Positions 48,164-59,068 are shown, counted from the stretch's first letter. The stretch: 64,000 nucleotides of DNA from Dehalococcoidia bacterium (GCA_965197645.1 OZ240219.1:3147321-3211320), one strand, 5' to 3'. The notes: generated by a model not told the origin, from the letters alone. Translations and numbers: made by a program.

Positions 48164-49795
48164 TCAGCGGGCCAGCAGGACGTGGGCGGGCTCCCAGTCG
48201 CCTGGAGACCGCCACGCCCTTCCCAGCGGGCCCAGCGCGTCGATGACGGCGCTGTGGGAGACCCACAGGGGCACGCTGACCCCGGCGCGGTCCATCTCGT
48301 CCCTCGCCACTCTCAGGAAGTTGGTGGCGGCGATGTCGTCGTCGAAGACGATCAGGACGGAGGGCCTGGCGCCGTGGTCGTCGATGGGACCGTGAGATAA
48401 GTAGTAGCGCAGATAGGGGGCGATCCGCGTCGCCATTGTCGAGGGGCGCACCGCTCGCCTCTCCCACTCCAGGAAGAAGGGCGAGGCGGCCGGGCCTCTT
48501 CGGAGGACGCCGAAGGCGTCGGGGTTGACGGAGCGGTTCCGTCCCTCGTGCTTGAAGTGCCTCGACGCGCTCCTGGGCGGGTCGATCTGGGCCAGCTCCC
48601 ACCCCAGGGCGTGGGCCTGCCGCGCCAGGGCGGCGACGAAGGCGTGAACGGCCCCGGTGTGCTCGATGTTCCTGAGCAGCTGGCGGCTCCTGCCGCCGGA
48701 GACGTTGCGCCAGTCGCATGGGGCTTCGGCGTCCACGGGAGCGACGCTCCATCGCCTCCTCGCGACGGCGACGGAGGTGCGGTCCCTACGGGCCAGGAGC
48801 GCCACGCCCCGGTCGGTGAGGGCGAGTCGTCCGCTCCCGTCGATGGGCCGGGTCACGAGGCCGAACCCTTCCAGGGGGTTGACGAGCTGGGAAGCGCGGC
48901 GCTCGGAGACGGCCATCAGGCTCGCCAGCTCGGTGCGGAGCAGCCAGGGCCAGTCATAGATAAGGTCGAGGGCGCGCTTCTCGGCGGGTTTGAGAAGGAC
49001 GGGCAGAGCGCGGTCTGCGTCCGGGGCGCCGTCGCCGGGCAGGTCCGCCTGCGAGGGGTTAGCCTCCACGGGCAGCTCTCCTCCGGGAGCCAGTTGCCCC
49101 AGGGCGTTCCGCAGATTGGCGGGCGGGCCGGAGGCGGCGGGACGCCACACCTCGTCCTCGGGTCCGGCGAGGGCCGCGTCCCGTTCCAGGGCCAGCAGCG
49201 CCTCCACGGTGCGGGGCAGCATCTTGCGGGCGTGTCTGAGCCGCACCTCGTCGGTGACCAGGACGAGGACCGTTCCGGGGCGCGGCCCGTCCCGCAGCTT
49301 CCAGAGCCGCCGTGAGAAGCCCGTCCTGTCGGCGGCGTGTCCCTGCCTTGCGATCCCCACGGTCCGCCCGCCAGGAAGGGTCATGGCGGCGTCGAGGGGA
49401 CCGGCCCGGTACAGGCGGAGGCCGACCGGGTGGGCGACGCCGGCTACGGTCGAGGCCAGGCGGTATACGACGGCCAGGGCGTCGAGCCGGTCCATCAGGA
49501 TGCGCAGCCACTGGACGGAGACGGGGCGGGAGCGCAGCAGGTCGTCGGGGGTGGAGCCCTCGCTCTCGGCCAGCGCGCCCAGTCCCCTGGCGGTGAGGTG
49601 GTAGCGGCGGGTCGGCGGTATCAGGTCCGCCGCGTGGGGCACGTGGGCGACGAGGCCCGCGTCCTCCAGCCCGCCGACCGCCTCGTAGACCGCGCTCCTC
49701 GACGCGCCGGACATGGCGGCCAGCTCCAGCCGGTCGGCGAAGGGGCACGACGCGATGACGCCGAGCGTCTCCCGTTCACTGCCGTTGATCTTCAT
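48164..49795 (-). CDS. Replication-relaxation (Replic_Relax) family putative relaxase with duplicated architecture
   Basis: Two wHTH-like halves; EHTGAVH...VNPDAFG...FFLEWER motif; directly after VirD4. Confidence 0.75.
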   Translation of the reverse strand: MKINGSERETLGVIASCPFADRLELAAMSGASRSAVYEAVGGLEDAGLVAHVPHAADLIPPTRRYHLTARGLGALAESEGSTPDDLLRSRPVSVQWLRILMDRLDALAVVYRLASTVAGVAHPVGLRLYRAGPLDAAMTLPGGRTVGIARQGHAADRTGFSRRLWKLRDGPRPGTVLVLVTDEVRLRHARKMLPRTVEALLALERDAALAGPEDEVWRPAASGPPANLRNALGQLAPGGELPVEANPSQADLPGDGAPDADRALPVLLKPAEKRALDLIYDWPWLLRTELASLMAVSERRASQLVNPLEGFGLVTRPIDGSGRLALTDRGVALLARRDRTSVAVARRRWSVAPVDAEAPCDWRNVSGGRSRQLLRNIEHTGAVHAFVAALARQAHALGWELAQIDPPRSASRHFKHEGRNRSVNPDAFGVLRRGPAASPFFLEWERRAVRPSTMATRIAPYLRYYLSHGPIDDHGARPSVLIVFDDDIAATNFLRVARDEMDRAGVSVPLWVSHSAVIDALGPLGRAWRSPGDWEPAHVLLAR

Positions 49796-52358
49796 CGGGA
49801 CGCTCCTTCCTCTGCGCCTTGCGCCTGCTGGTCCGCTTCCACCTATCGGGGCCGTGGGGAGTCTTCTTCTCTTCTGTCTGCGGGCCGGTCTCGTTCAGGG
49901 TCTCGACTCCCCTGCGGAACTCCTCCACCTTCCCGTGGCCCTGGGCCTCGGCGAAGGCGAGCTGCTGGGCCGAGACGGTGTATGCGGAGCTGGCCCTACG
50001 GATGCGGTCCGCCCCGTCCCGGTCTCCCCTCTCCGGCTTTCTCACCTCCATCGAGAAGGAGTCCATCCGCTCCGTGCCGACGGTGGCTCGGACGTAGCAG
50101 TGGTGGACGGGCAGCGACACGATGTCCTCCTCGGTCACCCTGTCCTTGCCCAGCTCCCAGACCAGGTGGCGGGCGTCGGAGCCGGCCACCTGGAAGACGG
50201 CGAGGCACCCGACGTTGGCGAGCAGGGTGTCCCGCATGGTGCGGGAGAGGTCGTCGAGCTTGGCGAGGCTCTGGGTGGCGAGGATGAAGGAGGCGCCGAA
50301 CTTGCCCAGCTCGCTGAGCATCGACTCGTAGTCGACGCCGGGCATGGTCTGCATCTCGTCCACGACCACCAGCGCGCCCCGCCGCTCCCGCAGGGACACG
50401 CTTCCCTGTTCCCGTATCACGGCGTCCACGAGGTTGAGCAGGGACGCGCCCACCAGGGCGGCCACGTCCCTGCCGACGGTCCCCTGGGAGGTGGAGACCA
50501 GCAGGACGCCGCCGTTGAGGATGGTCTCGCGAATGTCGATGGTGGAGCGGCGCTGGCCGAGGATGGCCCGCGCCCGCTTGGAGGAGGCGTAGTAGGACAG
50601 CCGGGTCTGGACGGGGGCGAGGGCCTCGGCGCGGTACTGGCGGTGCCAGCTGCCGAAGTCCCTGGCCCACCATTCGAGGAGGTAGGGGTCGGAGACCTTC
50701 GCCAGGACGGCGTTCCGGTACGGGTCGTTGGACAGGAGGCGCAGCCCGTCCAGAATGGTGTGCTGCTCGTTCTCGTCGGTCTCGGGGTGCTCGTTGGCCT
50801 CGTGGAGGGTCTTGACCGTCTGTTCGAGGATGGACTGCATCCTCGGCCCCCACTGCTCCCACAGGCCCTTGGCGACGCGCACCACCGAGTCGGCGGTGCG
50901 GTCGCGGTCGGCGAAGACGCGGGTGTCGAGGAGGTTGATGCCGGGGGAGCGGGAGGGGTCCGACAGGTCTATCAGGCGCACCCTGTCGGTGAGGGAGTCG
51001 GGGACGTGTTCGAGGATGCCGTCGACGAGATCGGTGTGGGGGTCTATGACGACGATGGCGTCGTGGTCCCTTCCCTCGGCCTTCTCCCGCATCTTGTGGA
51101 CGGCTATGTGGTGCATGAGGGTGGACTTGCCCATGCGGGTGCGCGCCACATAGAGGTGGTGGCGGCGAAGCAGGTCCTCGGGGAAGTGGACGGGCATGGG
51201 CTTGCCCGCGGTGGTGTCTCCCACCAGCGCGCCTCCCCTGATCCCCCTGGCCGAGGGGATGAGCCCCTTAGCGCCGGAGCGCTCCACCAGGGGCGTCTCG
51301 TCGCCCGCTCCGGGCGGGTGCCAGAGGGCGGCCGCCTCGCGGACTCCCAGGACGCTGCGCCCCCCGAACAGCCCTGGGCCTGCCGGGTGGAGCAGCGACG
51401 GGTCGGGCGCGACGGGTTTCACCTTGTCCACCTTGAACCGGGCTCCTGCGGGGTTGTCGAAGTGGCGGTAGGCCGCGCCCACCGGCCCCAGGAGCTCGGC
51501 GGCGCGCTGCTGCCCCGTCGCGGCGGGCAGGACCGCCGTGACCTGTATCTCGGCGTCGAAGGCGATGCGGGAGACCTTCTCCTTGATGAGCAGAGGGTCT
51601 TCCACCCGCTTGCTGGCCTTCTTCCAGCGGTGCCACGCCCACCCGCCCACGGCCAGCCCCAGGGCCGTGACCGTGCCCAACAGCGCCGCCTTCCATACCT
51701 CGCCGTCCTGCACCCACAGGTAACCCTTGAGGGCGGCCAGCGCCCCGATGCCGAGGACGGCCATCGTGATGCCGTCCATCTGGAGGGGCTTGGTCTGGTA
51801 GGTGTAGGCGGGCTCCCTCGGCTCCATGCCGGGCCGCTTGTGGGCCTTGTCCATGTGGACCTGGGACCAGTCGGGTCCCAGGGAGCGCAGCATCAGCCGC
51901 GCCACCACTCGCTCCCCCTCGTTGAGGGCCGAGAGCGCCCCCATGAGGGCGATGAGGGGGTCGGAGCCGGGGTCAAGCAGGTCGTCGTCCCTGAAGGTGC
52001 GCAGGGGGACGTACTCGGGGCCGTCGGCCCGCAACGTGGTCGACCACGCCTGCTCGCCCTCGCCCAGGCGCAGGGGGTCGTCGCCGGGGTCCACCTTACG
52101 GATGCGGGCCTGGGGGTAGTGGGCGGAGAGCTGGCCGCGCACCACCTGGTCGTCGAGGCAGCGGGCCATGAGGGTCACGCCGTCCATGTCCCCGGCCAGC
52201 TCCAGGGAGAAGGGCTCGGGGACGGCGATGGACTGGAGCAGGTTCTCAACGCCCAGGAGCGTGCGCTCCCCCGTCCTGGGCGGCGTCACCGCCAGCAGGA
52301 CGGGGTCCTTCCTGTCGCTGCCGTCTCCAAAGAGGATTTCCTTCGGGTTCAGCTTCAT
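49776..52358 (-). CDS. VirD4/TraD-like type IV coupling protein
   Basis: Two TM segments, ARTRMGKST Walker A, IDPH.DL, VVDEMQ, KFG..FILATQ. Confidence 0.9.
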   Translation of the reverse strand: MKLNPKEILFGDGSDRKDPVLLAVTPPRTGERTLLGVENLLQSIAVPEPFSLELAGDMDGVTLMARCLDDQVVRGQLSAHYPQARIRKVDPGDDPLRLGEGEQAWSTTLRADGPEYVPLRTFRDDDLLDPGSDPLIALMGALSALNEGERVVARLMLRSLGPDWSQVHMDKAHKRPGMEPREPAYTYQTKPLQMDGITMAVLGIGALAALKGYLWVQDGEVWKAALLGTVTALGLAVGGWAWHRWKKASKRVEDPLLIKEKVSRIAFDAEIQVTAVLPAATGQQRAAELLGPVGAAYRHFDNPAGARFKVDKVKPVAPDPSLLHPAGPGLFGGRSVLGVREAAALWHPPGAGDETPLVERSGAKGLIPSARGIRGGALVGDTTAGKPMPVHFPEDLLRRHHLYVARTRMGKSTLMHHIAVHKMREKAEGRDHDAIVVIDPHTDLVDGILEHVPDSLTDRVRLIDLSDPSRSPGINLLDTRVFADRDRTADSVVRVAKGLWEQWGPRMQSILEQTVKTLHEANEHPETDENEQHTILDGLRLLSNDPYRNAVLAKVSDPYLLEWWARDFGSWHRQYRAEALAPVQTRLSYYASSKRARAILGQRRSTIDIRETILNGGVLLVSTSQGTVGRDVAALVGASLLNLVDAVIREQGSVSLRERRGALVVVDEMQTMPGVDYESMLSELGKFGASFILATQSLAKLDDLSRTMRDTLLANVGCLAVFQVAGSDARHLVWELGKDRVTEEDIVSLPVHHCYVRATVGTERMDSFSMEVRKPERGDRDGADRIRRASSAYTVSAQQLAFAEAQGHGKVEEFRRGVETLNETGPQTEEKKTPHGPDRWKRTSRRKAQRKERPDEDQRQ

Positions 52359-52374
52359 GGTGTTATTCCTTTCT

Positions 52375-54652
52375 CTAATGGCGTCCGGGCCGCCACTCGA
52401 TGACCTCCGCCTCCTCCGGGGTGGCCTCGATGCGGACGGGGAAGCGGTGTCCCTTCGCCAGCAACAGGCCGTCTCCACGGGGGCAGGACAGGAGCCAGCG
52501 CTGGAGGTCCTCGGGCAGATCGAAGGCGTCGCCGACCGCGCCTACGGCGGCGGCGTCCTGCTGGAGAAGCAGCTTGAAGGCGGCGTTCTGGAGGAGCGCC
52601 CTGCCGGAGTGTCCGGTGATGGTCCTCGACGTGTCCTCGGAGAGCAGGTCCTGGACGTCCTGGGTGATGAACTGGAGGCCGAGCCTGTGCTTCCTGGCCC
52701 GCTTCGCCATCGAGACCATGAAGGCCGCGCCTTCGGGGTGCTGCATGATCGACCACACCTCGTCCACCACCAGCAGCCGGGGCTTGGGGTCCTGGGCGGC
52801 TGCGGCCCACACCGTCTCGGTGCAGACCATCGCGGCGGCGGGCCTCAGCTCCGGCTCCAGGAGGTGCAGGTCGAACACGGTGATCAGGGCCTCGTTTCCG
52901 AGAAGGTCGTCTCCCTCGTCGGAGAGCAGGTGTCTGAGGCTGCCGGTGGCAAAGGGCCTGAGCAGCCTTGCAAGAGCGGCGTCACCCGCCTCGTCTTCTC
53001 GCAGATATGTGTAGAAATCACGGAAGCCGGTGCGCTCCCTGGGGCGGGCGTAGTAGCCCGCCAGGGCGTGGTCGAGGGAGGCGCGGCGCTCCGCGCCGAG
53101 ACTCTCGCCCACCATCACCTCGATGAGGCGTCTCAGGCTGCCGATGCGCTGGAGCATCTCCTCGGAGTCGCCCCGCTCGATGACGAAGGGGTTCATCCCC
53201 TCGCCCGGCACGCCGGGGCTGAGAACGCGCCCGCCCGCAGCGCGGGCCATGTCCGCGTACTCGCCCTCGGGGTCGATGGCGTAGGCGGTCACTCCCCTGG
53301 TAAGGCCCCGCAGCATCCCCAGCTTGGTGGCAAAGGACTTGCCGCTGCCGGAGCGGGCGAGGACGGCGGTGTTGGCGTTCAGATGGGTGCCGTCCCAGGG
53401 GTCGTAGACCACGGGGGAGCAGGCCCGCATGTCGATGCCGTAGAGGGTGCCGCTTCTCGTGTCCATGTCGGGCGGCGAGAAGGGGAAGAGCCGGGCGATG
53501 CTGGACGTGTCCAGGCTGCGCCACTCGGCCACGGCGTTCAGGGCCAGGGGCAGCGTGGAGAGAAGCCCCTCGCGCTGGCGGAAGGCCAGGTTGTCCAGCT
53601 TGCCCAGGGTGGCGGCGAAGTGGGCCTTGGCCCGCTGGGTCATCTCCCTCAGCGACGCCTCGTCCCTGGCATGGAGGGTCACGGACAGGGAGGCGTGGAA
53701 CAAGCCGCTCCCGGCCCCGCTGCACCTCGTCCCTGAGACGGGTGATGTCCTCCAGGGCGATCTCCGCCTCGGGCGACATGGTGCGGCCCCGCTTGAAGGA
53801 GAGGGACTGGGCCGACTCGAAGCGCACCTTCTGCCACTCAAGGGTCCTCGCCGCCTGCTCCGCCGGTATCGGGCCGACGTGGACGGAAAGGTCCATCGGC
53901 GCGCCCGCCGCCATCAGCCCTTGCAGGAATCCGGGGGCCAGGGAGCGGGGCCAGCGGCCCAGGTGCAGGGAGCGGACCAGGCGGTCTCCGACGCGCATGT
54001 CTCGGCGGCCTATCTCCACCTCGACCGGCGTCTCCTCGTCGTGCTCGGATGGGGAGCCGCCAAGGGCGGCTGCTATGAAAAACATGCGGAGCTGCCTGCC
54101 CTTCAGCCGGTGGACCGACAGCCCCGCTCTCGCGAGCAGGCCGCGCAGGTCGTCGATGCGGGCCGCCTCGCACACGGCGTAGAAGCGCCGGTCGAGGATG
54201 CCGTCGCGGGCCTCCAGGTCGGTCAGCAGACGACCAAGGGACTCGGCGGCGGCCCGCGTCTGCGGGGGCAGGCCCTCCGGCTGGGCCTGCTTGAGGTTCT
54301 CCCTCAGCCCTCCCAGGCGGGGCGGGTGCTGCCGGATGAGGAGCTGGGCCGGGAAGTCCAGGGCGTTGAGCGCCCCGGCGAAGGCCCCCAGCTTCGGCTC
54401 GTCCAGCTCCAGGCCCATCACCTCGCAGACGCCGAGCTTCACGCCGTCCAGGCGGACCGGCCCGTCGTCGTCCAGGTGCGACAGCATGAAGAACAGGGGC
54501 AGCTCGGGCGGGAGCTTGGGGAACGGGACCGTTGCCTCGGCGTTCTGCGGATTGGCCGGAAGCCTCTCTTCCGGCGTCTCGTGCGGAGCGTCGGCCGCCT
54601 CCGGCGACCCAACCTCTCCTCGTCTCAACAGTTGTCGAATAAGCTCTTTCAA
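52375..54652 (-). pseudogene. VirB4-like conjugation ATPase split by a 1-nt insertion at ~53702
   Basis: N-part in ORF 53018-54652 up to RGRERL; C-part in ORF 52375-53841 from FHASLSV with RSGSGKS, IDPEGEY, VVDEVW, RARK, ITQD. Confidence 0.85.
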
Positions 54653-54671
54653 AGAAGTGGTCTCCTCTGCT

Positions 54672-54986
54672 CTATGGGGTTGGGAAGTCCACGAGGCCGC
54701 TGCTCAGCAGCGCGGCCACGCCCTTGGCCGACAGCACCAGGACGAGGCCGACGACCGCCATGACGACGGCGGCCTTTGCCCTGCCTCCGCCGCGCTCCTC
54801 GCCTCCCTCGGCCATCAGGACGAAGCCCGCCCAGACGATGGCGAAGACTGCGAGCCCGGCGCCCGCGTAGGCCATCGCCGTGAGCGCCCGGTCGAAGACG
54901 TGGAGCATTGCTTCCTCTTCCGGCGTGGCCCCCATGAAGATGAGGGCCGCGCCGGTGAGAGGCATCAGAGTCGCGTAGCGCCTCAC
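54672..54986 (-). CDS. TrbC/VirB2-like pilin
   Basis: Two hydrophobic helices around AGFVLM.EGG....AK.A...A.VG; GTGA coupling. Confidence 0.75.
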   Translation of the reverse strand: MRRYATLMPLTGAALIFMGATPEEEAMLHVFDRALTAMAYAGAGLAVFAIVWAGFVLMAEGGEERGGGRAKAAVVMAVVGLVLVLSAKGVAALLSSGLVDFPTP

Positions 54987-56698
54987 CAGGGCCACTCCCA
55001 TCCCAGCAGGTCGAACCAGCCCCGCAGTCCGTCGGCAGACTCCTGCTCAGCGGGCGGGTCTTCTGGCTCAGGCTCCGGCAGCGCCAGGGCCTCGAACGGG
55101 TCGTCGCTGCCCACGCCGGACTCCAGGGCCAGTGTTTCGCCCCTCGCCCTCGTGATGGGCGAGCGCTCCACCACCTCGGCCTTCACGTGTTCCTTGTGTA
55201 GGACATCCACCGTCACCTCCCTGGCGATGGTGGCGCTGGGGACGTAGGCGTAGGCCGTCGCGGTGGCGGACTCCGTGGTGCCGTCCTCGTTGGTCACGGT
55301 CACCGTCTCGCTGTCATAGTCGCTGTCCCCCGGGCGATGGAGGTGCACGGTCCTGGTGACCTGCTCGACCCGCTCCGGGTGGTGGGTGAGCTGGGTCAGC
55401 GGGGGGATGGGGATGCTCAGGGACGCCTCCAGGCTCACGTCCACGCTCACGGCGTGAATCGCCGCGCCCGTGGGCACGCTGAGACTGAAGCGGGTGTCGC
55501 CGTTGGGGACGAAGGCGACGCTGGTATGCGACACTCCGGTCGCGGCGGCGACGGTCCCGGTGATGGCCGTCACCTGGGCGTCCAACAGGGCCGTCTCGGT
55601 GACGCTCTGGTGCCCGGCCACCGTCTGAAGCTCGATGGGCTCCTCGACGGCGGACACGCACTCCGACTCGATGACCCCGCTGACCGCTCCGGGCGTCCAG
55701 CCCAGGGAGGTCATGCGAAGGTCGCAGAGCTCCCCCTCCACAGCAGGAAGGGGGTACGGGATCCGGTCGTGTTCGACCGTGAGGGCTCCCGCCTGCCCCA
55801 GCGTGTCCTCCCACGAGACGGTGAAGGACGGCGCCGGTCCGTGGAGGGGGAGCGAGTAGTCGATGCGCTCCCCCTCCGCCAGGGTGCCCGACCCCCAGAA
55901 GCGGAGCCACGTGCCTTCAGGACCGCCGTAGGCCCGCACCCGGATGTCCAGGGCGGTTGCGGCGCGGAATGTGACGGCGGCGCGGTCGCCGGAGACGGTC
56001 AACCTCTCGACGAATATCCGCCGTCCTTCGACCGGCTCCTCGACCTTGAAGTCGATCTCGTCCCGCCAGGGCTCGTGGTCGTCGGCCAGGGCCGCCTGGG
56101 GGACGGTTGCGACCGCCGCCATCAGGACGGCCAGGGCCACGACCGGAATCCAGCCCATGCGGGGTTTCCTCCGCCTCGTCTCCAGCGTCGCGGCCCGGTG
56201 GTCGCGGGCCTGCTGGTTCCCGGCGTCCTTTCCCCTACGCTTGCCGAACCAGCGCATCCGCCCGTTGCGGCGTTCCTTGTTCTTGCGGGTCTTCCTGCGC
56301 TTGCGCAGCCTTCCCAGGCCGCGCCCGGCGCGTTTCGCCATCAGGCTCAGTGGGCCGGGGCCGCTCTTGACCGGCTGCGCCGGCGCGGGCGGCTCCGCTC
56401 TCACTAGCTGGGACACCTGCCCGGCGTAGACTCTCGCCCCCAGCCGGTACTTCAGCAGGTCGGCGGCCACCAGGGGCAACCGCCGACCGCCAATCTTCCC
56501 CACGACCATCGCTACGCCGAAGAGTCCGAAGACGACGGCCAGGGCCATGCGCACCTCGGAGGGGCCGACGGGGGCGTAGCGGTATGCGCCGTAGGAAATG
56601 GCGCACACCGCCGTCACCGCCACGATCTGCGGAAAGGTCAACCCCAATAGCACCCGGTCCTCGGCCTGGACGTGAGTCGGTACCTCGTGTTCTCTCAT
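54983..56698 (-). CDS. PrgI-family membrane protein fused to a large extracytoplasmic domain
   Basis: VPTHVQAEDRVLLGLTFPQ PrgI-like start, 2 TM, basic linker, third TM/signal-like segment, beta-rich C-terminus. Confidence 0.7.
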   Translation of the reverse strand: MREHEVPTHVQAEDRVLLGLTFPQIVAVTAVCAISYGAYRYAPVGPSEVRMALAVVFGLFGVAMVVGKIGGRRLPLVAADLLKYRLGARVYAGQVSQLVRAEPPAPAQPVKSGPGPLSLMAKRAGRGLGRLRKRRKTRKNKERRNGRMRWFGKRRGKDAGNQQARDHRAATLETRRRKPRMGWIPVVALAVLMAAVATVPQAALADDHEPWRDEIDFKVEEPVEGRRIFVERLTVSGDRAAVTFRAATALDIRVRAYGGPEGTWLRFWGSGTLAEGERIDYSLPLHGPAPSFTVSWEDTLGQAGALTVEHDRIPYPLPAVEGELCDLRMTSLGWTPGAVSGVIESECVSAVEEPIELQTVAGHQSVTETALLDAQVTAITGTVAAATGVSHTSVAFVPNGDTRFSLSVPTGAAIHAVSVDVSLEASLSIPIPPLTQLTHHPERVEQVTRTVHLHRPGDSDYDSETVTVTNEDGTTESATATAYAYVPSATIAREVTVDVLHKEHVKAEVVERSPITRARGETLALESGVGSDDPFEALALPEPEPEDPPAEQESADGLRGWFDLLGWEWPW

Positions 56699-56725
56699 GT
56701 TCTGTTCCTCCTTCCTCACGTCCGC

Positions 56726-57031
56726 CTAGCTGTTCGGCGTTGGGGTTGCCGCGTCCGGCGCTTGCGGTTCGGGCAGCACGTCGTCGATCTCGATTCCCGG
56801 GTCCACGACGGCGTTCATCACCAGCTCCACGACGCCGTAGGCGACCAGGGCCAGGACGATGCCCGCCAGGGCGGTCATCATGGCGCTCTTGCCGCGCTCC
56901 ATCTGGTGGGGCGCTCCGCTGGCGGTCAGGTACAGGTACGCGCCGTAGATGAAGAAGCCGACGCCTATCGCTCCCACCACTCCCAGCAGGATGCCCACCA
57001 GGTTCGATATGGTCTGTGTCAGTTGCTCCAT
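56726..57031 (-). CDS. TrbC/VirB2-like pilin
   Basis: IYGAYLYLTASGAPHQMERGK.....ALAGIVL. Confidence 0.85.
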   Translation of the reverse strand: MEQLTQTISNLVGILLGVVGAIGVGFFIYGAYLYLTASGAPHQMERGKSAMMTALAGIVLALVAYGVVELVMNAVVDPGIEIDDVLPEPQAPDAATPTPNS

Positions 57032-57179
57032 TCCTTTTCTCCTCTCTGCCGCCGGCGCCCTCTCGCGGCCCCGGCGTTCATCTCTTCGTCTTCTCGCCTC
57101 TATGACTCCCCGCTACTTGCACATTTCTCCCCCTTTGCCTTACTTATCGACGCGAAAGCTGTCGCTCGCATGTTTGTCG

Positions 57180-58157
57180 TTACTCCCCGCTGCTCCGGGG
57201 CTCTCCGCCGCCGTCTCCGCCTGCCGATGGGGTCGCCATCGAGGCCGCCGAGCTGAGGCCGCTGGCGGCTGCCGAAACGCCCGCGCTGGCCGCCATCGCG
57301 CCCACCGCCATGCCTCCCGGTCCTCCGGCGGCTCCGCCCGCCACCAGCCCGATGGTCTTCGCCGCGCGCACCATCGACGAGGGCAGGTTCATGCCGAAGT
57401 AGAGCATCGAGAGCCAGGAGTCGAAGGTCCCGGCGTTGCCCAGCATCGAGGGGACGCGGGTCGCCATGTAGACGAAGGCCAGGGACAACAGCAGCTTCCA
57501 GATCAGGTCCTGCACCGGCTCGAATGCGGCGATGGCGGCGACCTCGTTGAGGAAGCCGAAGCCCAGGGCCAGCGCGATGAGCTGGATGGCCTGCTGGAAC
57601 ACCGTCGTCATGAAGAGACGGAGCCAGTGGCGGCCCCATCCCGCCGTGTGGGGCAATATCCACAGCCCCAACGCGATGGGGGCCAGGGCCAGCAGGAGGT
57701 CGATCAACGCCAGGCGCAGAACCATCTGCACGATCACGTAGAGGACGAAGAAGCCGTAGACGAGGTAGAGGACGGCAAGCAGCAGGGCCATGCCCACGCT
57801 CCCGGCCTGCACGCCGGTCATCAGGGTGTGGAGGGTGGAGCGGAGCAGGTCGCCCGCCGTGACGTTCAGGGAGACGGCTATGAATCCCGACACGGCGTCG
57901 GCCACGTCCAGGACCAGGGCGCACCACCAGAGGGACGATGCGGCGGCCACGAGGCCGAGCACCAGTCGGGGGACCATCTCCCGCCATCCCGTCTGCTGGC
58001 GGCCCAGGTGCTCGGAGACGATGAGGCTGAGCCCCATCCAGCCGAGGATCACCACCAGCGCGCCCGACGTGATGGCCCAGACGACCAACCACGCCTGGCG
58101 CACCAGGTCGTGGGCGTAGGTGAGGTCGGGGGGAGTGCCGGTGAGGATGTCGCTCAT
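57180..58157 (-). CDS. VirB6/TrbL-like conjugation membrane protein
   Basis: Multi-TM; VPRLVL, RLALIDLLLALAPIAL..WILP.T..W...W; Gly/Ala-rich tail. Confidence 0.85.
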   Translation of the reverse strand: MSDILTGTPPDLTYAHDLVRQAWLVVWAITSGALVVILGWMGLSLIVSEHLGRQQTGWREMVPRLVLGLVAAASSLWWCALVLDVADAVSGFIAVSLNVTAGDLLRSTLHTLMTGVQAGSVGMALLLAVLYLVYGFFVLYVIVQMVLRLALIDLLLALAPIALGLWILPHTAGWGRHWLRLFMTTVFQQAIQLIALALGFGFLNEVAAIAAFEPVQDLIWKLLLSLAFVYMATRVPSMLGNAGTFDSWLSMLYFGMNLPSSMVRAAKTIGLVAGGAAGGPGGMAVGAMAASAGVSAAASGLSSAASMATPSAGGDGGGEPRSSGE

Positions 58158-58765
58158 CTGCCGGATTCCCTCCGGCAGTTGTCGGCGTCCTCGCCGCTGG
58201 CACGCTCAACCACGCCGCAGAGGGTCCCGTGGACGCCCTCGATGACCCAGCCGGCGAAGGCCCTCGCCCAGCGTCCGGGGTTGAGGGCGGACAGTATCTT
58301 GTCCCAGATGCGGCCCGGCTCGTGGAAGGGTATGACGGCGTAGAAGTCGCCCCTCAACCCGTCCACTGACTCCGCCAGCATGACCAGCAGGTAGGCCCGG
58401 TCCCGGTCGAGCTCGGGGTGCTCGTCCAGGTCGGGGTACTCCCATGAGTACTCCCAGCCGTCGCTTCGCTCCTTCTCGCCGCCCCTGACCCGGTACATGG
58501 CGCTTATCCAGTCGCCGGTGTCGGCGTCCCGGACGGCGTAGAAGAGGCTCTCGATCTGCCGGTCGAAGAGGGGGCGGGCGACGAACTCGCCGCCGCCCTT
58601 GCGCTCGACGAAGTCCCGGTCGGCGTTGACGAGGGTCAGCTCGTCAGGAGGGGACTGGGCCAGGGCGATGTTGCTTGCGGGGATTGCCACAAGCGCCGCC
58701 AGAAGCAGCGCGGATGCCAGGGATATTAGCCGCCTTGCCGACCGGAGTTTCGATTTCAGCGCCAA
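58154..58765 (-). CDS. Exported hypothetical protein, first gene of the transfer operon
   Basis: GAGGTG RBS + TTG; signal peptide ending ALA; ATGA-coupled to the VirB6-like gene. Confidence 0.65.
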   Translation of the reverse strand: MALKSKLRSARRLISLASALLLAALVAIPASNIALAQSPPDELTLVNADRDFVERKGGGEFVARPLFDRQIESLFYAVRDADTGDWISAMYRVRGGEKERSDGWEYSWEYPDLDEHPELDRDRAYLLVMLAESVDGLRGDFYAVIPFHEPGRIWDKILSALNPGRWARAFAGWVIEGVHGTLCGVVERASGEDADNCRRESGR

Positions 58766-59068
58766 CTCGTTCACCTCTATGCGGTTTGATGCGATACATC
58801 GGAGTGCATCGCCCGCAAAAGAGTGTGTACAGCCGGATGGCGATTCGGAACCTCCCATGGGGCGGTGCAAAGCTGCACCGGGTGCATGAATGCACTGCCC
58901 TGCGAGGGCTTACGAAACACCCCCCTTTGGTGCTGTAGTTGGGGTGTACAGGGAATGGACGTTGGTGGCAGAAAGCCAAGCGGGGTCGTGGGCAAGCTGA
59001 AACGGGGTAAATCACCCCCCTACAGGACGTAAACGGGAAGCACTTTTTGGGAAGTCCTCCTTCCGGCG

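Noticed and set aside
49713-52403. 896-aa plus-strand ORF and many similar long antisense ORFs
   Set aside because: Shadow frames of real high-GC genes (here VirD4); no recognisable motifs
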